A stretch of DNA of 64,000 nt from a virus. The stretch lies in the IMG/VR virus record IMGVR_UViG_3300046534_001341, positions 1 to 64,000 of that record; one strand, given 5' to 3'. The position numbers were made by a program, and so were the translations under genes. Positions within the stretch are counted from its first letter, which is position 1; each line of letters starts with the position of its first letter. Shown piece by piece: positions 46,203 through 54,632 of this stretch. The notes beneath the pieces are model-generated. The model saw only the letters and a program-made list of their open reading frames with translations, made no database searches and was not told where the DNA came from.

Positions 46203-46437
46203 CCCAACTGAGTTCTGGAGGGATATTACATTGAAATCAGCAGAAGGATACACCTGGGGATGGGAGAAGCAGCGTAGAAACTACGAGGCCACCATCCACT
46301 TCGATGGCTTTCAAGTCATAACCAAGAACTTCCCTATAGGTACTGAGCCAGATGTAATGGCTGCATGGGCCAAAGGGGAGATCCAAGTACGTAAACTCAA
46401 AGACCTTATCGCGCCTCCGGCACGTTCCAACCCGTAA
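46192..46437 (+). CDS. Array B member 2 (KLKDLI)
   Basis: GYTWG...KNFPIGT...AAWAKGE. Confidence 0.65.
   Translation: MTPDPTEFWRDITLKSAEGYTWGWEKQRRNYEATIHFDGFQVITKNFPIGTEPDVMAAWAKGEIQVRKLKDLIAPPARSNP
46410..46424 (+). promoter_or_regulatory. GC-rich hairpin with TCC loop (GGA on template)
   Basis: CGCGCC-TCC-GGCACG, one mismatch. Confidence 0.4.
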
Positions 46438-46462
46438 TTTAACCTAAATAACTGAGTAACAA

Positions 46463-46741
46463 ATGATCCAAATTAATGAAGTATTCTCATGTGAACGCGA
46501 CAAATACCAATGGTTGCTTCACCAAAAGAAACCTAAGGGTAAACACCCAATCACAGGTGAGTTATCCACAAAAGAAAGCACCTCTGTCACATACCACTCA
46601 AACCCTGAGCAGATCATGAATGTGGTGATAAATCGCAGCTTAGGTAAATGTGAGTCACTTGTAGAGATGCGTGACATGCTCGTAGAGAGCCGTGAGATGG
46701 TCTCTAAGGCATGTGCGGCTATAAGTAAAGCCAATACATAG
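46463..46741 (+). CDS. Hypothetical protein
   Basis: DKYQWLL...TYH pattern common in small phage proteins. Confidence 0.65.
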   Translation: MIQINEVFSCERDKYQWLLHQKKPKGKHPITGELSTKESTSVTYHSNPEQIMNVVINRSLGKCESLVEMRDMLVESREMVSKACAAISKANT

Positions 46742-46754
46742 GTGAGGTATAAAT

Positions 46755-46964
46755 ATGGCCAGATACTGGGTTAAATTCAAACGTATCAAGAAGACTAATC
46801 GAGTGATGGCAAGCTTGGTTATGCCCACTAATGCAGGGCCAAAAGTCATGGCCCAGAAAAGCTTCCATGCTTACCAAACCTCTTATGGGACTATTGACCC
46901 TAACGTCCAGAAATGGGCAAGTCCCTTAGTGAACATGTATCGGCTGCTATCTCCACATGGGTGA
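46755..46964 (+). CDS. Array B member 3 (divergent)
   Basis: GAGGT RBS; KSF...QKWAS...YRLL. Confidence 0.55.
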   Translation: MARYWVKFKRIKKTNRVMASLVMPTNAGPKVMAQKSFHAYQTSYGTIDPNVQKWASPLVNMYRLLSPHG

Positions 46965-47220
46965 GCTAAGTGAGATCTACCCTAGGGTACACAGAGCAAT
47001 TGCAGCACCTTGGGAACCGAAGTACACGAGAGGGTTCGCTTGGGTAATACCTCCTCACACCAATCTTAGTGAGGTGAAAGTAATCATCCGAGTCAACTCA
47101 AAACAACAACGAGAAGAGACATTCAACGCTACAGACATAAAAGCTATAGCGAAGTGGATTAACTCACAGACCAAAATCTTAAGGTTAGTCATGCCGGGGG
47201 TGTCTAGTGACAGGAGATAA
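46957..47220 (+). CDS. Array B member 4
   Basis: GFAW...ETFNAT...IAKWINSQ. Confidence 0.6.
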   Translation: MGELSEIYPRVHRAIAAPWEPKYTRGFAWVIPPHTNLSEVKVIIRVNSKQQREETFNATDIKAIAKWINSQTKILRLVMPGVSSDRR

Positions 47221-47488
47221 CACACAACCTGATAAGATAGTTGGGCGGATAAGATTACATACCCAACCAATTAATGGATTCTACTGGTCTATGTTCCACG
47301 AGCACCCAGATGGTGTGTACGTAATGGCTTCTTACTCAGACCCAATTGTAGTTGTAATACAGCTTTACGACAATACTAAGACATTCCCTGCCTCTACACC
47401 ATGTAGTGACATTGAGGGTTGGGTACTAAAAGAAACCAAGAAGATAAACCTGAAGAATTTACTTTTTACTTGTACCAAAACCAATTAA
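47207..47488 (+). CDS. Array B member 5 (KKINLKNLL)
   Basis: GFYW...KTFPASTP..DIEGWVLKE. Confidence 0.65.
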   Translation: MTGDNTQPDKIVGRIRLHTQPINGFYWSMFHEHPDGVYVMASYSDPIVVVIQLYDNTKTFPASTPCSDIEGWVLKETKKINLKNLLFTCTKTN

Positions 47489-47537
47489 TTATAAACCCAA
47501 AGGTGGCTACGGCAACCGAAACATAAAGGTATAAACC

Positions 47538-47846
47538 ATGAATAAATTAGCATTAGTAATAACCATTGCGGCTATGGTTGGATGCGCATCTGCACCACGT
47601 CAATTGCCTGTATTGGTAGATGGTAACAACTATCTAGCTATGGGCACCGACTGCTCGTATGGCATGATGAGCCAAAATGTACCTAATCAGCTTGACTGCT
47701 ACAACGAAGACAAAAAGTACACAGGCAATCGTAAGCCTATGACAGCCAAAGAGCTTAAGGACTTCTGGGCAATACGAGACCAGAACATCACAGACCGTCA
47801 GGTTGATCGATTGAAAACACAGCTACGTAATGGCCGAGGACGTTAA
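47538..47846 (+). CDS. Lipoprotein
   Basis: Signal peptide with MVGC lipobox. Confidence 0.7.
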   Translation: MNKLALVITIAAMVGCASAPRQLPVLVDGNNYLAMGTDCSYGMMSQNVPNQLDCYNEDKKYTGNRKPMTAKELKDFWAIRDQNITDRQVDRLKTQLRNGRGR

Positions 47847-48319
47847 TGCTAGAGATTACGCAGGAAATTAATTACTACTGTAAAGATGTTAATGGGTACT
47901 CATGGGGGGTGACTCAGGAACACAACCGAGCCAGCCCCATCAAGGTTGAGATTCATACCAAGCCCAGTATAAAAAAGACATTCATCTCCAGCACCCCTAG
48001 AAATAGGATCGTAGATTGGATCACCCAAGAGACCGCTAAGCTCAAGCTAAAAGCCTTGATAGGCCCTAAGGCCAAAGTAGAGTTGGGAAACCCTTGGGAG
48101 GGTTTAGTGAAACTTTCAGGGCAGATGAATCAGGTTAAGACTTGCGGGAGAAGAGTAGGAGTCATCATCTTTGATAGTATAGATAACTACTACGAATCCA
48201 ACGCCACCCAGTACGTATCCAGCACCAACATACCTGAGTCCAACCAAGCCGCCGCCTTTGATAAACAAACCGGTAAAAACAAATCCAAAACTAAATACAA
48301 CAGCCCATACGGGCCATAG
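47846..48319 (+). CDS. Array B member 6 (KLKALI) with C-terminal extension
   Basis: GYSWG...KTFISSTP..RIVDWITQE. Confidence 0.65.
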   Translation: MLEITQEINYYCKDVNGYSWGVTQEHNRASPIKVEIHTKPSIKKTFISSTPRNRIVDWITQETAKLKLKALIGPKAKVELGNPWEGLVKLSGQMNQVKTCGRRVGVIIFDSIDNYYESNATQYVSSTNIPESNQAAAFDKQTGKNKSKTKYNSPYGP

Positions 48320-48327
48320 GAACCACC

Positions 48328-48597
48328 ATGGAACAGTTTATTGTAGTCATAGTTATAGGGATCTTCTTCTACTACCTAGGATCTAGGGATGGTAAGAAGG
48401 ATCAGTACAAAAAGGACAAGGCCATGATGGGGGTTATGGAATATGCCACCATCAAAGCATTTAGGCAAACTAGAGAAAAATGTTTATTGAACGAAATTTT
48501 GATTGCAAAGATAGCCTTACTAGAGAAAAACAAAAAAGAAATAGATGAAGTCAGTGGTAAATCATCAATTAATACAGGCAAGACCAATGCTGAATAA
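48328..48597 (+). CDS. Membrane-anchored hypothetical protein
   Basis: N-terminal TM then G..DG. Confidence 0.6.
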   Translation: MEQFIVVIVIGIFFYYLGSRDGKKDQYKKDKAMMGVMEYATIKAFRQTREKCLLNEILIAKIALLEKNKKEIDEVSGKSSINTGKTNAE

Positions 48598-48931
48598 AAA
48601 CATACACATAAAAACTGGGATGCTACTCGTAGTAAAGAAAACCTTCTGGACTACTGCTGCCCACAAGGTTGATACTTTCCACGTGAAGTATCAAATACCT
48701 AAAGGTACCATCCTTGAAATACGTTACCCGTATGAGTGGCACTTCCGCTTTGGAGACAATTGCTGGGCACAAGTACCAGCAGAAACACTGGTTAAGTGTT
48801 GTGAGTTCTTTGGTGTGATCCATGAAGATGTAAGGTTCAATAACAATAATAGCCTACCTGAAATCATGGAAGAAAATCTGTACTACCCTGCATCTGAATA
48901 TAAATTGGTTCGTTCCGAATCTGCAAAATAG
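48587..48931 (+). CDS. Hypothetical protein
   Basis: Overlaps the previous stop; ends before hairpin 6. Confidence 0.6.
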   Translation: MLNKNIHIKTGMLLVVKKTFWTTAAHKVDTFHVKYQIPKGTILEIRYPYEWHFRFGDNCWAQVPAETLVKCCEFFGVIHEDVRFNNNNSLPEIMEENLYYPASEYKLVRSESAK

Positions 48932-48942
48932 TTGTTCTCTTC

Positions 48943-48954
48943 CGGCTAACGCCG
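48943..48954 (+). promoter_or_regulatory. Candidate vRNAP hairpin promoter 6 (upstream of RNAP II subunit 1)
   Basis: CGGC-TAAC-GCCG then TAG; position analogous to the N4 early promoter driving RNAP II genes. Confidence 0.75.
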
Positions 48955-48991
48955 TAGGGGGCAACGTCCCCCACACTTTAAGGAAATATCC

Positions 48992-49972
48992 ATGGAAATC
49001 AAGAACCTAGAACAAATGTGCATTGAAGACCGCTATTCTCGTAGCAACATCCGTGCTCGTGTCCTTCTGGACATCATGGATAGTGTTGAAACCGATCTTG
49101 CTATAGCCTTCGACAAGGCAGCACAGGCCATTCACAACTATGCCTACGGAAAAGTATCACAGACTTATTGGTCATCCAAACTGGTGCGTGTACAGCACCT
49201 ACGTAACCTATTAGATAAAAAAATGACCATCAATGATCTTGTACTTGAGATCTTAATTATCGTTATGCCTATGAAGACCGCTCAGCCTATACAGGGGCCG
49301 TGTGGTCGCTTAGGTGGTATGTTAGGTTACGGGGATATATTCGATGGCGTAAAGACGGCTGCGGAGCTACTAGCAGTAGTGTGCTTCTCAGACCTTTACG
49401 ACATCATTCCAGCTAGGGAAAGCGAGGGCGACAGTATGTCTATAATGCCACGTTACTCCCTAGAAAATGAAACCAATCAGTTCATTTCAGACACCAAGTA
49501 CCTACCTCCTATGATCTGTAAGCCTGAAGTATTGACTCGCAACTTTCAGAGTGGGTACCTAACCATAGAAGACTCAGTGATCCTGAAGGGTGTGAACCAC
49601 CATGAAGAGTATGTATCTCTGGATGTGCTCAACATGGCTAATGGTACCGCGCTAGCCTTGGACACTAACATCTTACGTATGAAGGAAAAGCCTAATAAGC
49701 CGTTCGATTCACTACATAAAGATGGGTCTGTACCAACAGTTAAAGTGATCTTGGAACGTGAGAAGAACTTTTTGGAACTGAAGGCAGCATCAAAAATTGT
49801 GTACAAAGAGTTACTAGATAACGGCAATGAGTTCTTCAACTGCCATAAATTCGACTCTCGTTCACGCAAGTACTCTCAGGGGTACCACGTCCACATTCAG
49901 GGAAGTGAGTATAAGAAAGCCATTATTAACCTGGCTACGGAGGAAGTGATCACAGATGGTATTATCTTATGA
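48992..49972 (+). CDS. RNA polymerase II subunit 1 (N4 gp15-like)
   Basis: YLPPMICKP, SGYLT, HKFDSRSRKYSQGYH..QG..YKKA. Confidence 0.92.
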   Translation: MEIKNLEQMCIEDRYSRSNIRARVLLDIMDSVETDLAIAFDKAAQAIHNYAYGKVSQTYWSSKLVRVQHLRNLLDKKMTINDLVLEILIIVMPMKTAQPIQGPCGRLGGMLGYGDIFDGVKTAAELLAVVCFSDLYDIIPARESEGDSMSIMPRYSLENETNQFISDTKYLPPMICKPEVLTRNFQSGYLTIEDSVILKGVNHHEEYVSLDVLNMANGTALALDTNILRMKEKPNKPFDSLHKDGSVPTVKVILEREKNFLELKAASKIVYKELLDNGNEFFNCHKFDSRSRKYSQGYHVHIQGSEYKKAIINLATEEVITDGIIL

Positions 49973-50187
49973 AAATGCCTGACAGACCTTTCGGTACATT
50001 CCCCTACGACATCTTCAATGTGATTACAGATCATGAAGGGGAGTTCGTACAGCACGCCGTGGCCAGACACTTCACCATGTCCCTGAGTAATGCCCAGCAA
50101 TGGGTTGATTACCATGAATATTCAATTAAGCGACTAAAGCTTAGAAAACTCTTGGAAAGTAAAAATGGAAGAACCAAGGCTACCTAA
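49969..50187 (+). CDS. Array C member 1 (KRLKLRKLL)
   Basis: FPYDIF..I...AV..H...S..NAQQW. Confidence 0.65.
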   Translation: MKMPDRPFGTFPYDIFNVITDHEGEFVQHAVARHFTMSLSNAQQWVDYHEYSIKRLKLRKLLESKNGRTKAT

Positions 50188-50404
50188 AGGCATGATCCCA
50201 CCTGATATCTACAGGATTATTATAGGCCGTATTGACGGTGTTCATGCAGTAACGGCTTTGTGTCATTACACAGATCTAAACGAAGAAGAGGCATCAGATT
50301 GGTTTGCCTTCTATAAGTGGGCAGCAGCAAATCGTGAAGCCCGACTAGAACAAGCACACAAAGAAAACCAACTCAAAATATTACTAAGACTCAAAAGGAA
50401 ATAG
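50165..50404 (+). CDS. Array C member 2 (KENQLKILL)
   Basis: IPPDIY..I...AV...CHY..L...EASDW. Confidence 0.65.
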   Translation: MEEPRLPKGMIPPDIYRIIIGRIDGVHAVTALCHYTDLNEEEASDWFAFYKWAAANREARLEQAHKENQLKILLRLKRK

Positions 50405-50406
50405 CA

Positions 50407-51402
50407 ATGCAAACATTCTCAGGTTTAGATTATACAAAGATCGCCGTAGCAAATGCCTTCGGCAATGATAAAGATGTCTGGGATGATCGCATTGATTGGG
50501 CTGAAAAGTTCCTTGAGAAGCAGTCGGCTCATACGATGCGTAAAGCAGATGAGCCATTCTTAATGAGGAAGGCTGTGAACGCTTACAACGATGCAGTGGC
50601 TGGTAAGGCTACTGGTTACATAATGGGCCTAGATGCCACGTCCTCAGGGCTTCAGATAATGGCTGCCTTGAGTGGTTGCCTGACTACTGCCCGTAACGTG
50701 AATCTTATCAATACCGGTTCAAGAGAAGATATATACCTGAAAGTAACCAAGCGCATGCAGGAACTGTGCCCTCACCTAAACATCACACGTAACCTTCTAA
50801 AGCACCCAATCATGACGTTCTTCTACAACTCTAAGGCGCAGCCTGAAGGTGTATTTGGAAAGGACACCCCTGAGCTAGATGCTTTCTACGAAGTACTGCA
50901 TGAACTCCTACCGGGAGCCATGGAAGTAATGCGCATGATTCAGGCATGTTGGAATCCTGAAGCCACTGAACATAAGTGGACCGCACCTGATGGACACGTA
51001 TCTATACCTTTGGTTATGGACTACGTAGACACCAAGATCGAAGTAGAAGAGTTAGGTAAGGCTACATTCACCCACCGCGCCAAGATCGTTATGTCTGATG
51101 AGCGTGGCTTATCATTACCGGCAAATGTGAACCAATCGATTGATGCTTACATCGTTCGTATGATGTATCGCATGGCTCATAGTCAGGGTTGGGAAATCCT
51201 AACAGTACATGACGCATTCTTCTGCACACCGAATAATGTGAATCGTATGCGTATGAACTACAACAAGATCTTATCTAAGATCGCCTCATCCAACATGCTT
51301 TGTGACATCTTGAAAGAGATCACAGGCAATAAGGGAACTATCAAGAAGATGTCTACTACACTTCCTGGCTTGATCCTTAAAGCAAACTATTCACTTAGCT
51401 AG
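50407..51402 (+). CDS. RNA polymerase II subunit 2 (N4 gp16-like)
   Basis: LDATSSGLQ (A), RNLLKHPIMTFFYNS (B), VHDAF (C). Confidence 0.95.
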   Translation: MQTFSGLDYTKIAVANAFGNDKDVWDDRIDWAEKFLEKQSAHTMRKADEPFLMRKAVNAYNDAVAGKATGYIMGLDATSSGLQIMAALSGCLTTARNVNLINTGSREDIYLKVTKRMQELCPHLNITRNLLKHPIMTFFYNSKAQPEGVFGKDTPELDAFYEVLHELLPGAMEVMRMIQACWNPEATEHKWTAPDGHVSIPLVMDYVDTKIEVEELGKATFTHRAKIVMSDERGLSLPANVNQSIDAYIVRMMYRMAHSQGWEILTVHDAFFCTPNNVNRMRMNYNKILSKIASSNMLCDILKEITGNKGTIKKMSTTLPGLILKANYSLS

Positions 51403-51451
51403 GAGCTAACCACGGAAAAAGAACGACATATTAGAATCTGTTAAGTACGTT

Positions 51452-51689
51452 AACAATAAACTTTATGGGGAATGAAAATGGATGATTACACAGTAAAACG
51501 GATGGGTCTTATATTAGCTGTTCAAGCAGAAGTCGAGGGCATGAAAGCTGCTAACCTAGTGAGTGATTTACAAGAGTATGGCGGAGGGCATTTCGATGAA
51601 AAAGCCGAAGAAATACGTAATATAGTTAACGCTAATGACCACCAGTTAGATTTAATGGGCTAAGAACGTAAACAATAAACTTTATGGGG
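51452..51689 (+). repeat. 19-bp direct repeat AACAATAAACTTTATGGGG
   Basis: Copies at 51452-51470 and 51671-51689, each just before a gene start. Confidence 0.85.
51472..51663 (+). CDS. Hypothetical protein
   Basis: QAEVEGMKAAN motif; lies between the direct repeats. Confidence 0.65.
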   Translation: MKMDDYTVKRMGLILAVQAEVEGMKAANLVSDLQEYGGGHFDEKAEEIRNIVNANDHQLDLMG

Positions 51690-51695
51690 TACAAA

Positions 51696-51980
51696 ATGAG
51701 TGATACAACACAATTAAACAAACCTCTTTGGCATCAGAACCTGACATATGGGCAGGTGGAGGCCGAAGCAGAAAAGGACTATCCTAAGGTTATATACAAT
51801 CTGCATGAGGATTGTTTATGCCTACGCGAAGAGCTGGCGGCTTTGAAAGCTGATCGCGGGCTGCTCGTCACTGCGCTTTTATCAATTGTAGATTCTAATA
51901 GCTTCGATCCAGATGATGGGCGCTATATGTCAAATATTGCAGAACTAGCATTAAAAAAGGCGGCGACAAATGGAGTCTAG
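51696..51980 (+). CDS. Hypothetical protein
   Basis: Start after the second repeat copy. Confidence 0.6.
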   Translation: MSDTTQLNKPLWHQNLTYGQVEAEAEKDYPKVIYNLHEDCLCLREELAALKADRGLLVTALLSIVDSNSFDPDDGRYMSNIAELALKKAATNGV

Positions 51981-52043
51981 ACAGGTGATTACAGCGGTAG
52001 TGCTGAATGCTCAAAAGCTCACAAACCAGATAGAGGAAAAATC

Positions 52044-52241
52044 ATGAAAGCAAAAGAACTACGTGATGAATTCTGGGATGATCATGCTTGCCCCTCTTGG
52101 GGACGGTTAGGTACAACAGCCACGCAGAACGATTACCCTGAAGAAGTCCGAATGGCTTGGACAGACTTCTTATACTTCTCACACGATGCAGGAAACATCT
52201 CTGCAGAAGTCATGGACAACACCTTACTGGCTCCTGAATAG
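52044..52241 (+). CDS. Hypothetical protein
   Basis: GAGG RBS; QNDYP..VRMAW.DF. Confidence 0.65.
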   Translation: MKAKELRDEFWDDHACPSWGRLGTTATQNDYPEEVRMAWTDFLYFSHDAGNISAEVMDNTLLAPE

Positions 52242-52242
52242 G

Positions 52243-52257
52243 GCCGCCTCCGTCGGC
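52243..52257 (+). promoter_or_regulatory. GC-rich hairpin with TCC loop (GGA on template)
   Basis: GCCGCC-TCC-GTCGGC, one mismatch. Confidence 0.4.
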
Positions 52258-52358
52258 TGTTTGCCCTGTTCGTAATAGAAGTCTCGCTAGCGAGGAAAAA
52301 GTTATGAAACCGATAGGCTAAAAACCTAAAACACCCAAAAGCCTACCATAGGCAAACG

Positions 52359-52394
52359 AGCCCCTAACCTTAACCGGTTGGGGGCTTATTTTTT
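52359..52394 (+). terminator. Intrinsic terminator
   Basis: AGCCCCTAACC...GGTTGGGGGCT then TATTTTTT. Confidence 0.8.
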
Positions 52395-52409
52395 GCCAAA
52401 GGAGGCAAT

Positions 52410-52649
52410 ATGAACGAATTAGATCTTATGAATTTACTGTGGGTAGTGTGGTTTATTTTATGCACCATCCTATCCTTGGGCTTAGCTATTTATACTAAGT
52501 GCGGGGGTGACGCACTGTTATTGATTTTAATGGCTGGTTTCTTTGGGCCGTTTATATGGGTGCTAATAGGTTTGGCCACTCTCATATTATTGATGGCGTT
52601 TTTAGGGGAGCAACTCCTTAAATTCCTAAGGAGGGGGCATGACCAATAA
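52410..52649 (+). CDS. Small multi-TM membrane protein
   Basis: AGGAGG RBS, highly hydrophobic. Confidence 0.7.
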   Translation: MNELDLMNLLWVVWFILCTILSLGLAIYTKCGGDALLLILMAGFFGPFIWVLIGLATLILLMAFLGEQLLKFLRRGHDQ

Positions 52650-52854
52650 GGCAGTATTAGACGAAGATGAGTGCATCGTGTGCACGCACAATAAACATGC
52701 AAAAGGCATAATATGGAGGTTGAGGGTGAACAACATTATGACAGATAAGCCTGTTGAAGGTGTAAGAAGAGAATTCGTATATTGCAGTTATTGTGATGCG
52801 GGCAAAGAACTAGCCAAACAGGAGCTACTACGTGAGCTACTTATCAAAAAATAA
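52639..52854 (+). CDS. Array D zinc-finger protein 1 (KQELLRELL)
   Basis: CIVC...CSYC..G. Confidence 0.7.
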   Translation: MTNKAVLDEDECIVCTHNKHAKGIIWRLRVNNIMTDKPVEGVRREFVYCSYCDAGKELAKQELLRELLIKK

Positions 52855-53026
52855 CCCTAGAAAGATCTGCCCAGTATGCAAGGATACAGGTAAGACCTGG
52901 AAAAACCTACCTAGCGGTGTGCTAGATAAAAGTCCTAGAGGGGTTACATACTGCTGGTGCCCTGTAGGTGAGAAAATGGAAAAAAAGAAAGAACTCCGTG
53001 ACCTGCTTATGGGAGTTAAATCATGA
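52832..53026 (+). CDS. Array D zinc-finger protein 2 (KKKELRDLL)
   Basis: CPVCKDTG...CWC..G. Confidence 0.7.
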   Translation: MSYLSKNNPRKICPVCKDTGKTWKNLPSGVLDKSPRGVTYCWCPVGEKMEKKKELRDLLMGVKS

Positions 53027-53283
53027 CAGAAGGGTGTAAGGCGTGTGGTTTTGGGTTGCTACCGAAAGAGTATAAAAAATTTGAAGAGCTTCAGCACGAG
53101 CAGGGGTCGACCATCCCAATGCAGTATTGTTTTTGTGCTAATGGACAGAGACTAGCCAAAGAGGGTCGGCTACGTAATCTACTAACAGGAGAAAAATCGA
53201 ATCAATATACGGTACCTGACGACGTAGATTACAAAGATGCCGAGGATAAGGTAAGGGATTGGTTGGACTTAGGGGTTATATAG
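53023..53283 (+). CDS. Array D zinc-finger protein 3 (KEGRLRNLL)
   Basis: CKAC...CFC..G. Confidence 0.7.
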   Translation: MTEGCKACGFGLLPKEYKKFEELQHEQGSTIPMQYCFCANGQRLAKEGRLRNLLTGEKSNQYTVPDDVDYKDAEDKVRDWLDLGVI

Positions 53284-53480
53284 TGGGTTACTTAGGTAGG
53301 AAATATAACTATAAAGAGCAGTGCAGGACATGCGGGGGCAAGGGTAGATACCGTGAACGTAGAGCCCCTGATCCTAATGACCCCCATAGGGGTCGTAACC
53401 CAACTCAACTATGCCATTGCCCTGCAGGTGAACAAAAGGCTCGTGATGAGGCTTGGGATCGGATACAGAATGATAGTTAG
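53283..53480 (+). CDS. Array D zinc-finger protein 4 (tail motif degenerate)
   Basis: CRTCGGKG...CHC..G; GTG start. Confidence 0.65.
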   Translation: MGYLGRKYNYKEQCRTCGGKGRYRERRAPDPNDPHRGRNPTQLCHCPAGEQKARDEAWDRIQNDS

Positions 53481-53658
53481 ACATGTTGAATGCAGGGCCT
53501 GTACTAAAGATGCTTGGGACTTACCCAGATGTGTCATAAACCGTACAGCACCTGACGGGTCGTTTAGACGAGCCAGTTCTTTTTGCCTGTGTGCGGTAGG
53601 TAGGCACCTACTTCAGGTTTACTCACTCAAACAATTATTGAAAGGAAAGAGGATATGA
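53470..53658 (+). CDS. Array D zinc-finger protein 5 (SLKQLL)
   Basis: CRAC...CLC..G. Confidence 0.7.
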   Translation: MIVRHVECRACTKDAWDLPRCVINRTAPDGSFRRASSFCLCAVGRHLLQVYSLKQLLKGKRI

Positions 53659-54104
53659 ATGACCTAATACTGTGGGCAGTAGTGACGGCAGTGATGTCAG
53701 CGCCTGTAATACTACTCATGAAAATATATGAGTGGAAAGCTTGCGTGCTCTTTGGGCACCACCCCAGTGAGTGGACGTGGGCGCAGGATGGGTATAACTC
53801 CCCTGTGCCTAATGAAGAACGGATCTTGTTCAGCCAGATGCACGGGCATTGTCGCCACTGCAAAGTGGAGGTACGTACGTTTAGTGAGCAGCATAGACTT
53901 ACAGCCTATTACACCAAAGAGCAGTGTGCCCAGTACGGGTATGAATTCGTTGATAAGAAAGAATACGAACTCAAGAAACTGCTTCTAGGTAAACGTAACG
54001 ACGATGACCTATTCACTAGAAGTAACCAGATAAATTCAGGCATGCCTATGTTGGGCACAACAGGAAGGGTGATCAAAGTCGGCTTCCCTAGGAAGCTTAT
54101 ATGA
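53655..54104 (+). CDS. Membrane-anchored Cys/His protein with KEYELKKLL
   Basis: N-terminal TM; CVLFGH...CRHC. Confidence 0.65.
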   Translation: MNDLILWAVVTAVMSAPVILLMKIYEWKACVLFGHHPSEWTWAQDGYNSPVPNEERILFSQMHGHCRHCKVEVRTFSEQHRLTAYYTKEQCAQYGYEFVDKKEYELKKLLLGKRNDDDLFTRSNQINSGMPMLGTTGRVIKVGFPRKLI

Positions 54105-54250
54105 AACAAACAACCAAAAAGTGTCCCAAGTGCGGCAACACTCATCTGATCTTACTACAATCCCAGAACCTCAAGGTCTGTATGAACCATAAACCTAAAG
54201 CAGTCCTAATTCCTTGGTTCTTGGATAAAGGACAAAGGCCTTTACTATGA
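54101..54250 (+). CDS. 49-aa zinc-ribbon protein (not in ORF track)
   Basis: KKCPKCGNTHLILLQSQNLKVC...IPWFLDKGQRPLL; ATGA-coupled at both ends. Confidence 0.7.
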   Translation: MKQTTKKCPKCGNTHLILLQSQNLKVCMNHKPKAVLIPWFLDKGQRPLL

Positions 54251-54450
54251 GAAAAGCTGTCACGTTTAACCCACACTGGGTGGGTGAGGAGCCTGCTTGG
54301 GACATCCGTTTATTAAATGGGGATCACCACCGCAGCGTTACTAAAACTACTATTTTAGCTGTAAGCACTAGAAGACATGGCACCAGTGTATTGGAGTGCG
54401 ATGTTCAAGATTACGGCACACACCACTTAAAAATAGCAGCGCAGAAATGA
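54247..54450 (+). CDS. Hypothetical protein
   Basis: ATGA-coupled at both ends. Confidence 0.6.
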   Translation: MRKAVTFNPHWVGEEPAWDIRLLNGDHHRSVTKTTILAVSTRRHGTSVLECDVQDYGTHHLKIAAQK

Positions 54451-54632
54451 GCAAGTGCGGTATGTGCTCTCATGATGCTGTACATACCGCGACAGGTATA
54501 TTACCTCCCCTGCATGATTGGGGTACATTTACCTTTTGTCGTTGGTGTGTGAAGGGCGCCCAACTCAAAAAAGAACAGGCACTTAGGCAACTACTTAGAG
54601 GAGACCCTCCATGTGCAAAACCAGAGATATAA
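54447..54632 (+). CDS. Array D zinc-finger protein 6 (KEQALRQLL)
   Basis: CGMC...CRWC..G. Confidence 0.7.
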   Translation: MSKCGMCSHDAVHTATGILPPLHDWGTFTFCRWCVKGAQLKKEQALRQLLRGDPPCAKPEI

